From Takakia lepidozioides (taxonomy: Eukaryota; Plantae; Bryophyta): a stretch of DNA of 64,000 nt. Both the position numbers and the translations under genes were made by a program. Below are positions 1 to 11,745 of this stretch, piece after piece. The DNA is taken from contig CM060734.1 of the NCBI GenBank assembly GCA_030704615.1, positions 8,122,001-8,186,000 on the forward strand, in the 5' to 3' direction. The notes beneath the pieces were generated by a model. It was not told the DNA's origin and made no database searches. It saw only the letters and a list, made by a program, of their open reading frames with translations. Each line of letters opens with the position of its first letter. Position 1 is the first letter of the stretch.

Positions 1-339
1 TTGGATGTGGAGCCTTACAAATTTTTAAATTGTCAGCACTGGGGGGAGACAATGACATGGGATGCTCCAAGAGAGATGCACGCCTCGGATGCCTACGGAG
101 AGCTCGAGCCTGGGCTCGAGTGGTCAAGGAGGGACCCAGTGTTGTCTAGTCCACCCTTGCCATCATGCGTAGCGTTCCAGACGAGTGATGACTCTCTTCC
201 ACATTTGCCAGAGCCGAGTTTGTCGCTTTTGCTACGGCGTCATGCAATTTTTCAATTAAATCTGGTATGTTTGGAAGTGGCAAGAACACCCCTGGAATAG
301 AGGCAACTTGGTCACGCCATGTCTTCTGCCAATACCGAA

Positions 340-3300
340 CAACACTCCTGATGGCAGCCTTGAAATTTGTGTTGTTCTCCGCAACTCTACCTCATTGATA
401 CTATGTGCTCTCTACCAAACTCAAACTCCTTGTTAATCTTTGCTCCCACTCTAGACATGCTCATACTTCGACTGTGCCCCATGCCAAAAAATTCATAGAC
501 AATATACATGCCTCTAAGCCCTCTGTAAAGTTCTTTGGCAGCTGCATAATACAAGCTAGACTACTGCGAACAAAACATTGATCCAATGCCAGCTACACTC
601 CCAAGTGCGGTACAATACTGCCCCTACCTCATGCCGCATGGAAATTCAATCCAACTATGTTGTACCACTCCACAAGGTCAGCCTCCTCTCTGTTGCTTCC
701 CCCCCACGGTACGTATTCTCTTCAATCTCATGTACTCAATTTATATCTGCTTCCAACTTATGCTGCTTAATCTACATATACTTCTACTCCCTCTCAGCTT
801 ACGGTACTCACTTCTACTGCTGCTCAGCCAAGAACTTCATTTGCCAGCAGCTATCTCCCACCAATTATCTTTCCCCATGCTCATCTCTCTCTGCAGGCCC
901 CTGTGGCCATCTTTATTGCTTCTTTATCCTTACCTGTTCTATACACTGACTGGCCCTCCTGAGCTCTATGTACTATACACAGCAGGCAACTTCCTTACTG
1001 ATACACCTCATGCCATATCCTCACCGCATCACTTACTTCAATGACACAAGTACGCAGCTCGCTTCTCACAATATTACATACATGAAGCCTGCAACCAAAT
1101 GTTTATCTTTTATGCATGACTATAGCTCTTTAACATGTACCCATGCCACTGTTTGTGGCAGATATCTGCCCCCTGCTATTTTTTCTGTTCTCAGGGCTGT
1201 TAATCTGGATTTCATGCCCATGGACGGGTCATCACCTGCCCAACATCCTACTTACTCTATCTGCCCCGAAGCTGTCCCGCCTTCTCGATCACTGCCACCT
1301 ACTAATCTCTGCTGCAGGCAGCTAACTCCCTCCGATCCTACTGGTGCCCCACCAAGGGAAGCCTCGTATCCTCATGCCAATTATGTTGATTGTGTTGTTG
1401 TCCACCCTTGCACTCTTCTTTTGTCACCTACCACTGCCTTCATTCTTGATAGCCAACAGACTGCACTACAATCTTATCAGCTTCCTCATTTCTGGGTTCC
1501 CCCCCACTCCACCAACTTGTTATACTTCCAGCCAGTTGCTCTTCTTATCATAGACGTGATACACAGATTATCTCACTCCACCTTTTTTGCAGATTGGAGA
1601 AGTATCTGCCTGCCGCCTCACAAATGCACAACACTACGCGCTCCCCCGCCCACACCAACCAACTGCGACTTTCATCCATATTCTATCATCCACTACGAGG
1701 GACTCCAGCACACCCACCTCCCTGCTACATATCGCTACCTACGGCTACCCACCCTACGTCACAATTCCATTCTCAGCCTACTAACCCCTCCCCATGGACG
1801 TATCATTTGCAAATACCCCCATCCAAATCTGCCCACAGCTACTTCCATCCGCCCACCCACCATATTTTTGCCCCGTCAAATACTTTACTCCCCTCACCCA
1901 CAATATACCCATGCCTACCCCATTACACACGGTACTTTCCCAGATTGTGGTTACTGCACTCCATATTACATCACTCCGCATATGGAACCTCGCTAATGTT
2001 ACCTCGGGAAATTATTACCTCGGGAAAAGGCTACCTCACTTTACTGCTATCCATACTCTTTCCAAACAACTTTACACCATGATCTTTACTCTCTGTTCTC
2101 ATTCAAAACAATTTTACACCGCACTCATCACCCCGCCACATACCACCGCAACGTTACCCACCCACAGGCCTTCTCATCCATGCCCCTACTCGATGGCATC
2201 CACCCAAATCCCTCGCCCACTTATCTTACACCCGCCACATTAAATATTACAATGCTCATCTACCCACGACCCATAATACACCTCTGCCATCCTCATAACA
2301 TAAGCCCTCATAAAAACCACTTGTCACACACAAACTACCCAACAATTGACCCCCCCCCTTACATGCATCTACGACCAGCTCTACTATTATACACAGAAAT
2401 ACCCCTCACTATATATCTCACCCGCATCCCCCCATCACCCATCCCTCATTTACACATCTCTACCGATCTCCCAACACCTATCTTATTACCCACTGCCCGC
2501 ATGGTCGGTACCATCAATACCCGGCCCCCGCATCTAAACACTCTCTACACCACCCTCCGTCACCCCATAATAAATTTAAGCTTGCATGCGCAACACTCAT
2601 ACTAATGCGATGTGGCGACATCCATCCAAACCCAGGCCCCGTCACTGTTAACGATATCATTGGTGAACTCCCTACTGACCCACAAGAGAGGTACGCGTTA
2701 TACTTTCAACAGAACATTGTCTCACTTATGCCGGCATATCAACATCTCTATAATCACTTCTCTCCCCTCCTCCCCAACTCATTACTTGCTATTCATACAC
2801 CTACGTAGCCAATCGCCACCTTTGGTCTACCAAGTTGCCAATACCCAGCTCTCGCTAAAGCTATTCGTGTACTAAAAGAATATCCAGCGCAGCACCTCCT
2901 CTTCTCCCTGATCATCATCATCTCCCCACTACCCGAGATATGTAACGACTACTTTGTAGCTCATATAGACGCACACATCCATGCCCTTCTACTCAAATTA
3001 CAAACCCTGCCTGAGCAACCCCACCAATACCAAGCCCCCCCACACTACCTATCTGACCTCCATACATCACTTCACCTCTTACAATCCAAACTCGGGGAAG
3101 TTCACAAAATACTCGGTGAACAATTAGCAAACCCTATGTTGGACTCAGATACTATCACCAGTAAATTTCCATTCCTATCCGAAAGCATCCTAACTGCCAC
3201 CACCCAGGCCAGATCCACCACTGCCGGTTATCAACCATCATCTGTGCCACCTCCACCCCTACCCTCGGTACCCACACCTACCCACAACACAGACTCTCTA

Positions 3301-3825
3301 TCACCCGCTGCATCTAGTCACTCCCAACCCATCCCTTCCCAACATACAAACTTACTTAACATAACCACTTGGAATGTCAGTTCCTTGGCTACCAACATCC
3401 AAAGCCTCATACATCTCCTCACGGATTCTACGCCTCCACACATTATTCTTATACAAGAAACCAAACTCAATACAAACAATCCTCGCAGCTCTTATATAAA
3501 CAAACTCCTCCCCGCCTATCACCTATTATATGGAAACCCTTTCTCTGCCGCACAGTGCCTCACACGACGATCAGCCCGGACCACCCTACCCGGGGGGGTG
3601 TCGCGCTAGGCATCCTGCGCAACACCACTCCCCCAGCACTACAACTAAGCTACCGATTCCTATCCCTCTTTGCTCCCATCTTCAAATCATCCAATTGCAT
3701 TACATGCACTCCACCCCATCACCCTTATACATCTATACATGCCCTCACATGCAGATGACCTTACGCTGATCCCTGACATTCTACACACAATCTTCGACAC
3801 CATTATCCAGCCTACAAACCATCTA
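340..3825 (+). mobile_element. Degenerate non-LTR retrotransposon, 5' part (Dualen/RandI-like): long N-terminal region, 2A-like peptide, APE endonuclease N-terminus
   Basis: The + strand is strongly C/A-rich. One frame (single internal TAG at 2806) reads GDIHPNPGP ... LLNITTWNVSSL ... IILIQETKL (APE motifs WNV at ~3370, QET at ~3454), then RGGVA after a frameshift at ~3590. Composition changes abruptly at ~3826. The left boundary is approximate. Confidence 0.8.
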
Positions 3826-4443
3826 TTGGTAGGATAGAGGATTTAGGCACTCTAATTGGAGTTGCCTTGGGAGTAAAGAAGGGAACAAAGGGAGATCTTC
3901 AGGAAAACAAGTGTGCAGTTGAGTCACATCTTTGTATGACTGTTCTTGCCATCTCGTAGGTAGGTTCTTGTATGCTATCTTGAGTCCGCACTGTAAATTG
4001 CCCCCAACGTGCTGCACTGTGACTCCATAGTAAAGCCACCAGAGGGCAAGAACCTAGAGTATGTGCCCACCAGGCTTACGAACAAGGAGATGAGCGAGGA
4101 GCAGCTCGGCAAGTCCATCATTGCCCTCGTGCATTACACCAGAGACGAGCACAACTGCTGGCGCGTCGTAGTCTTGATTGAGAGCAGTAGGAAGCCGGAG
4201 GACAACCGTCCCTGTATCGCAGAACTGGACGAGCTCACACAGAGAGCTCTGGCAAGATTCTAGCGGGAAGATAGCGAGGGGGAGCGACGGGGTGTTTGTA
4301 GTGTTCACAGGAGGCGGTAGCGGTGATCGGGGTAGAAATTTGTCGGGTCTGGCGAAGAACGAATGGCGGAATACGTCATAAAGAGTCGTGAGACTGATTG
4401 CGGTTGTTGTCTTGGAGTGGAGATTTTGCGAGCAAGAAGAACT

Positions 4444-5363
4444 TGTTAACCGCTGGTTCGTGACTTAGGCAAAATGGGCTTTCATCAGTGCAGCCCATTC
4501 CCAAGGCACTTATCAGAGGTTGTCCGGCGGTATGTTTGCAGGACGATTACAGAGTAATTGTCAATGGCCGTAGAACACTCGTGCTCCATGAATCAACATC
4601 CCTGTTACTGCTTAAGTCCTTGGGAATCAGTATCCTATAACCAATCAGTATTACTAGGAACTTAGGCGAAGCTGTATTGCTACAGCTATGACTAAGTTTT
4701 GTCTAAGCATACAACAATGCAGTACACTATACGCGATTGCAGATAAGATCTATCCAGAGATGATACACATTCTCACCATTTCACGTTCTCTCATAATACA
4801 CATTCTCTCCATCTCACAGTCACTCTATACATAAGCACTTGGAAAAGCATTGCTTTACTTCAGAGTCACCACATCATAGCATAAGTACACATTGGATCGC
4901 TCTGATCACACCCTGATGCACTGATGATTCCTAAGTTGCGTGCAGTCCTTTTATACTATGCTCGAAAGGGCCGTTTACAGCATGCGGTCATTAATGACCG
5001 TTGCCTAACTGCCTATGCAACCTAAAAGGTTTGCCAAAAAAGTGGCCCATGCTAGTGGCTCGTGATCGTGGTCGTGGTCGTGTGCCTTAATGGTACACGG
5101 CCCATGGTCCCTCACTACTTCTCCTACTAGTAAAGCCTATGCTACCGTGGCCATGTCATATTGTGGTTCACGGCCCACGGCTGCTACACTACCCACTACT
5201 GCTCCACGTGGTAGTGTAGCCCATCCTCTGCTACTGCTAAGTGCCGAGCACTTAGCTATTTTTGCCTCGTGGCCGGGTAGTGTGAAGTCAATCACTACCC
5301 GCCATTATCCCCTCGTTGCTCAAGCTGCCCTGCCCTCATGGCACTGGCACTTAGCCATTATCA
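4444..5363 (-). mobile_element. Ty3/Gypsy 3' LTR (same family as 6354-7238)
   Basis: Minus strand begins TGATAATGGCTAAG (5363) and ends GTTAACA (4444). It is preceded by a polypurine tract (AAAGGAGGGGGGAGGAT, 5367-5383) and has no PBS after it. It aligns by eye as a diverged inverted copy of 6354-7238. Confidence 0.85.
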
Positions 5364-5558
5364 TTTATCCTCCCCCCTCCTTTGAAATTGTGTCCGCACA
5401 ATTTCGTCAGTGGTTGTGTTTGCCTTGTCTCTTCTGGGGAATGTAGGGTGGTGGCACACCCTGCTGTTGGCTCGTCTGCTGGTTGAGGAGTGCCTCCATG
5501 TTGGTGATGGCTTTGGTGGCAGCTTCTTGTTCCTGTTATCGTCGCTATCTGGTGCCTC

Positions 5559-6353
5559 CACTACAAGAAGAATTGGTTTTTGTCACAGCATGGTGGGGGG
5601 GGGTCACACTTTGCAGAATCCACGGCTCAGATGACACATGTGTGGACTAGAAAAAAGTGTGGCACAATCGGACCGGATGTGTCACACCTTGTCTGGCTTA
5701 ACCAGAATAATCAACGGTATGAAACCTAAGGTTGACCCCTATATATTTTCCGAGTTGGCACCCTGATAAAAAAACCAACACCGCATGGCATGCCTTGATT
5801 CGTCCAGGTTCTCAAATGTCTGACCTGTGCAGCCACTCTGGCGGTGTGTAGCCACTCGGGCGGATGTAGAGCATTGTTCCAAGGGTTGCGGGGGCGTTCA
5901 ACCGGGACGTAAGTATGATGAGAGGATGTGCGGGAAAGTCTGGCATGTGTAGGTTTGTCTTTGAGGTCTTTGAGTGAAAGTTTTTCAACCGAATCACGCT
6001 TTCAAGGACTCTTGTATTTCATGTGAGCAGTCTTGTACTTGTTTGATACCGGAGTGCTAGGGTTTCGGGTTTCTTGGTGGACAGCATGTCATGCCGAGAG
6101 CGCCTATGGAGGGAATGGCACCTTTCAAGATGAAGTGGAGAAATAAGGGTGCGACCCAGGGATATAGGAAGAAGATGAAGATTCCCTATATTAGCCCACG
6201 TTACAGGACCTTACGATTCTCCACAATTGCGGGACCTACAGCGCCAAAACCGGTGCACGGCGCTCACATTTTCCGAAATGGATTCAAGCCTGATGTTTTG
6301 CTGCCCAACACCCTTGTGAACGTGAGAGACTCCCCGGTCGTTTTCAGAGACCA
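5559..6353 (+). mobile_element. CACTA (En/Spm) element left end, truncated by an LTR insertion
   Basis: Starts CACTACAAGAA (classic En/Spm TIR), followed by repeated GTCACA/TGACAC subterminal motifs (5581-5690). Confidence 0.6.
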
Positions 6354-7238
6354 TGGTAATGGCTAAGTGACACAGCCACGAGGGCTGGGCAGTGGGAGTC
6401 ACGATGGGACATAGCGGGTAGTGATTGGTTTACATTACCCGACCACGGGCAGAAAAGGCTAAGTGCTCGGCAATTAGCAACGGCGGAACAAGGGTACACT
6501 ACCATGGGAGTAGTAGTGGGTAGTGTATCAGCCATGGGCCGTGAACTACGATACTACACGGCCATGGTAGCATAGGCTTTACTAGTAGAAAGGGTAGTGA
6601 AGGGCCGTGGGCCGTGTACCACGACAAGCACACGAGCCACGACCACGGCCACGGGCCACTTTTTTGCAAAACCTTTTAGGTTGCGTAGGCAGTTAGACAA
6701 CGGTCATTAACGACCGCAAACTGTAAACGGCTTTTTCGAGCGTAGTATAAAAGAACTGCACGTAACTTAGAACGGATCAGTGTGTCAGTGTAGAATCAGA
6801 GCGATTCAATGTGTACTTGTGTTATGTTGGAGAGACTCTAAAGTAAAGCTTTGCTATTCCAAACCTCTCTGTGTAGAGTGATTGTGAGATGGAGAGAATG
6901 GGCATTATGAGAGAACGTGAGATGGAGAGAATGTGCACCATCTCAGAATAGTTCTTTGTTGTCTTGTGTATTGTTTTGCTACATGAACAAAGCTGTTTCA
7001 ACCTCTACGACTAAGGTATTTTAGGCTAGGTCGAACTGCAGGTTAGGCTTAATCAGTCGGATTAAGCAACCTGCAGAGATGTGGATTCATCAGACTGCCA
7101 AGGTGTAGCTAACCTTAAACGATTACTATGTAATCGTTTCCAGAGACATACCGTTGGACAACCTCTGTTGAATGTCTTAGGAGATGGGCAGTATTAGTGA
7201 GAGCCTATTTTGTCTAAGTCATAAACCAACAGTTAACA
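6354..7238 (+). mobile_element. Ty3/Gypsy 5' LTR
   Basis: Termini TGGTAATGGCTAAG...GTTAACA, TATA-like TATAAAAG at ~6746, followed directly by a PBS and gag. Confidence 0.85.
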
Positions 7239-7240
7239 TT

Positions 7241-7258
7241 TGGCGACCATACTGGGGA
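7241..7258 (+). promoter_or_regulatory. Primer binding site, tRNA-Arg-like
   Basis: TGGCGACCATACTGGGGA 2 nt after the LTR CA; resembles plant tRNA-Arg PBS sequences (TGGCGAC...CTGGGGA). Confidence 0.65.
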
Positions 7259-7862
7259 CTAACGGTATGTTGAGTTCAAGTGAACTCAAGGAAGGATGGC
7301 TACTCAGCGATTTCTTGAAATCACGAAAGAACGAGTCAACGGAAGCAGAGGAATGGAAAGCATTCTTGGAAAAATTTCATGGCTTACCAGTAGCAATACA
7401 ACAGAAGATCTTTCTTTCAATTGCGAAAGAAGATGACAAATGGGGATTAAAGGGAGGAGTGATCAGTATTGCGCGAGCACCTTGGGAATGTAGAATCAGA
7501 AGTGAAGAGTGGCTGTCTCGTCTAGCTTTATTGATTACTCTATTACCAATCAGAAAAGTTTGCTACAATAGTTATATCTTCAGGGAGGGATGTTCAAATT
7601 ATGAATATTGTCATATGATCATAGAAACAGTAGAGTACTGGATACCCAAAGACTTATTACAAGTAAGATACATTGAGAAGGACAAATGGTATTATTGTGC
7701 CCATTAAAAGATTGGTGATCAATCAGTAAAGGAAAATTAAGTCGTAATACGGATTCTGGCAGGATGGTGTAATCTTAGGGAAAGGGTAGAGACCACTTTT
7801 CTTTACTGACATACCAAGGCTATTAAAAGGTACTGAAAAGGAATTCTATATATGATGTGGGA

Positions 7863-9934
7863 ATGAATGAGGAAAATAAGGAAAAAGCTAAGAAAGACAA
7901 AGCTGAAAGAATAGAGAAATATGCTACAGAAAGGGAAGCTCGGTTGAGAAAAGAGTTCCCGAAATTACAGAACTTGAATATTATTCAAGGAGAGGCATCA
8001 AGACAAACTGACAGTGATAAACCAGAAGATCAGAAAATCAGATCTACGGAAAATGAGAACACTACACCAGAAAGAGTTGCAAGTAATGCATTTGGTGAAT
8101 GGTTACCACAAGAAAGATCTGAAGGACCCTCTACAGTAACAAATCCAAATCGAGGTTTTGCTGAAATATTGGAAGAAAAGTTTGAGAATATTCTAAGTGA
8201 AGAAGGCGAGAGAAGTGAAACTGCTTCTCCAGAAATGATAACCAGAACGACACTCACAGCTTTTAAAGATTCATTAAGCTTAGTAGGGACAGCAGCTGGA
8301 AGACGGCTATCCTTGGGACAAGGACCTCCTAGTTTTGAGTCATTGTTTGGAAGACAAACACCAACAACACCACTAGTCTTGATAATCCCAACACCAACAT
8401 AGTCAGCAGCAGCTAGACCATTTCCGTTTGGACAGCCGGTTGCACCAGCAGCACCGATGGCTTTAGCACCAAGCAAAACCAGACCGCCGTTTCCTTTATA
8501 TGATGGGAAATCTGATCCAGATATCCATCTCAATCAATTTGAGAATATGTGCACCATTTATAATGAAGCAACAGACAAAGAAAAGATCTGATTGTTTCCT
8601 TGTTCAATGGCCAGAAAATGCATTGAATGGTTGGCAACAATTCCAGCCAATCACTTTGCAAATTGGGCAGATATGAGGGCAGCATTCCAAGAACGATATC
8701 GATCCAACAAATCCACGTCTAAAATCTTCACAGGATTACAGGATCTGAGACAAAAAAAAAAAAAATTGGTAGTTGACTACCTGGAGAGAATGAAGACTCT
8801 GATCAGGAATCTACCTCAAGCACCAGGTGATGACTTGCAAAAGTCATGGTTCATCAACGGACTTTGTCCTAAATATGTAACCATGGTTACAGTCATGCCT
8901 AACAACACTTTGGATGAAGCAGTAGGAACTGCAAAGAAATTGGAACTGGGATTCCATCAGAGCACAAGTAAAGATTCCAAGGATCCCTTGGAAGAAGAAT
9001 ACTCTGATGATGAAGAAAAACCCAAGCAAAAGAAGAAAAAGGTGATTGACAAAACCACCTTGGATCATAAGATAGCAGAGGCTATCAAGAATTTTAAAGA
9101 TGAAGGGCCACGAAAGGCAACATGGTGTCACAAATGCGGGACTGCAGGACACCTGGCAACAGAATGCCACATGAAAGACAAATACTGTGATATTTGTCAT
9201 ATGAACAATCATAATACCAACCATTGTATTTACAATCAACGGGCCAAGAAGAGTGGGTACACACGAGAGGTGGGGGTACACCAAGTCCAACTCCGACGGG
9301 GAGGATCGGATGGACCAAGACGATACAATACGGGTAATCGTTATCAGAGGCCACGAAATGACTATCCACCACGGGATAGAGAACATCAACCCAGAAACAA
9401 GGAAACCACGAGATGCCACTATTGCAAGAAAGAGGGACACTGGAAACATGAATGTCAGTTATGACTCAAGCATGAGGCAGAATTGGGAAATATGGAAGCC
9501 GGACCGAGTGTAGCCGTGAGTGTGGTAACCTTTGCAGTGGATACCCTTGCGGTAACCCGAACTCAGGCCAAGAAACAGAAACCTCCAGACAAGGAATTTG
9601 AAGAAGAACGGAAACAGTATCCAGAAAGTGCAGCATGGCAAGAAGAAAAGAGCTTAGTAAGCAAAGCCATAGCTCAAATGCAAGAAGGAACCCATATACC
9701 TTCTGGAGATCTAACTCCAGATAATCAAATCAGACCAACGACGAAGACCACGAATGAAACCATGGAAACAGAATTGGCTGAAGTAATATGCCAAACCAAG
9801 ACCCAAATTACCATTGGACAATTATTAAAAATTGTTCTACACTGCAAAAAAACTTTATTCCGGGCAATTGAGGCATTGACCCCTACACCAAAACAAAAAC
9901 CAATACCAGAGGCTTACACGATTAAACCCACTTG
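7863..9934 (+). pseudogene. gag: Gypsy gag with three CX2CX4HX4C knuckles and gag-pol linker (in-frame stops)
   Basis: A single frame with stops at 8400, 8589 and 9462. Capsid-like FPLYDGKSDPDIHLNQFE...W...W..MRAAFQERY. Knuckles CHKCGTAGHLATEC, CDICHMNNHNTNHC, CHYCKKEGHWKHEC. Confidence 0.9.
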
Positions 9935-10168
9935 CCCTTGAGGCCACCTTGCCACGTCCCGGCGTCGCAGGATGATCCCGGCGTTGGGGGGCGACACCTG
10001 GGCACTGGATTGCGACGCGGCGGCGTCACAAGCAGCGCCGGGGCGCCGCCGTGCCACGCTCAGGCGTTGCAAATTGGCGCCATGGCGCTGGCGTTGCACG
10101 CTCAGCGCCGCGCGGTGCGTGGGGGCGCGGCTGCCGTCACTAACCCCCCCCCCCTTTTTGCAGTAGTG
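9935..10168. mobile_element. CACTA element terminus with GC-rich subterminal repeats
   Basis: Ends TTTTTGCAGTAGTG (reverse complement CACTACTGCAAAAA). CGTCGCA/TTGCCACG motifs are shared with 20548-21490. Confidence 0.6.
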
Positions 10169-11230
10169 AACCCATCTAGTCGTCAAGCTCTTTGAGACCA
10201 TCTTCACTTGTTGCATCGAGGGAGTACCACCATGCTCGGATAGTCTGGTACAAGGAGTTTGCTTCGTCATCTATTGTTGCATCCTTAACGGTAGAGTCTC
10301 ATATGCTCCTATTGCATTGCTAGTTTTATGCAACTCTTCGTATGCCTTCGAAGGGACTACGCCCAATGGAACAGGCAAGTGCGCTCCCTACCTTGCATGG
10401 GTATTTTTGGGTCACCTGAACCAAAAACACATTTGACTGCATTCCAATTTGTCTGCGCATTGTCGGCCATGAATCCATAGAAGTTTGGATGAGGGACACC
10501 ATTCTGTCTCATGACATTCACAAGCGACTTCCACATTAGAATTTGAGACTCGGTGTTTTCGGATTGCATGTCGCATACTGCAATCGTCATAACCTTTTGG
10601 TAAACAGGATCGTAGACATGAGCAGCCATGGTTGTCCAATCCTTTACATGTTTCACGTGATCAAACATGAGCCATGACTTCTGGTGATTGCCACCGGGCT
10701 GCATTCTGCGGACCAGGCTAACCCCACTTCCCTCCCCCACTGTGGACATCTTGAATAAATACACTTTCATTGACCCCTGGCCATGGAAGACACTATCCTG
10801 AATGAAGTCATACCTGCTTCTACATTTCAATTCTAGGATGTTTTCCATAGAACCTGTGCTCCCTGGCCCCATCCTCAATGCGTTGATGTGATTACGAACA
10901 TTGGGTGAACTCAAAGTCGAAAAATGATCCATAACAGCCTCCAATTTTGTACCATCGAGTTTCCTTGTGGAATCCTCTGTTTCCCCTAGAATATGTTTTT
11001 GCAAGAAGGTCTTGCTTGCAGCAAGTGCAATGGCAGAAGGAGATGCATTAGGAGCATTCTGAACCTCATGTCACAGCAGTCCCCGTATCGTTTCAATACT
11101 TTCCCTACAATCCCCTTTGGATACTGGATGTGTATGGTTGCCCAAATGAACACAAGCCCAAGTTAGGCTGTGGCGACGGTGAAGGACATAGTACATCTGG
11201 GCCTTGCATGTGTTGAAGAAGGTTACCAGT
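10169..11230 (-). pseudogene. Mutator-like (MULE) transposase fragment with a WRKY/GCM1-type Zn DNA-binding remnant
   Basis: ORF 10357..11004 has FDHVK..WTT, FMAD and CLFHW (DDE core plus CxxH). Upstream reads CKAQMYYVLH...ACVHLGNHTHP. Stops occur downstream. Confidence 0.7.
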
Positions 11231-11619
11231 GCTTGATCTTATCAGGTGTGCTGCTGCTGCTGCGGCATACAGTTGACCATCTACCCATGCAGGTTTCTTG
11301 TAGCTATTGATCCACAGGGAATCATTAGTAATCTTATGCTTGAAATCTAGCCCTCTTGGATGAATTTGGACTTACTCTTTATCCCTGCTCCTTTAGCTAT
11401 CTCAGCCTCTGCACAAATCATGCACACATCTTTGCCTTGCTGCTACCGGCTGACAATGACAGCCTAGATTTGTCCCAACAAACTATCTAACCCTACTTAT
11501 CACACTAGTTCCTATGCTGACTTGTGCTTCCAACAGACGTTCACCTTTTTGCACCAACGAGCTAACTTGCAAAATTCAACCTGAAAATATAGGGATGACT
11601 CTGATAACAGGGGAAACAG

Positions 11620-11745
11620 GCTGAAATGTGTTGAAGAAGGCGCTCATAGGTCTCCAAAGCCTCCATCTCATGCCCTTGCTGTGCATATCCTGCAATCATC
11701 GCACTCCACGACCTCACATCTCGTTTAGCCATACTGTTGAACACT
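11620..11745 (-). pseudogene. PLS-class pentatricopeptide repeat gene fragment
   Basis: VFNSMAKRDVRSWSAMIAGYAQQGHEMEALETYERL matches an S-P motif junction. It is isolated, with no flanking repeats. Confidence 0.75.

Noticed and set aside
1-340. ORF 1..300 and a minus-strand open stretch
   Set aside because: No recognisable domain and truncated by the window edge.
578-2605. Many overlapping Pro/His/Thr-rich ORFs as separate genes
   Set aside because: They are a by-product of the C-rich, stop-poor LINE strand; treated as one degenerate element.
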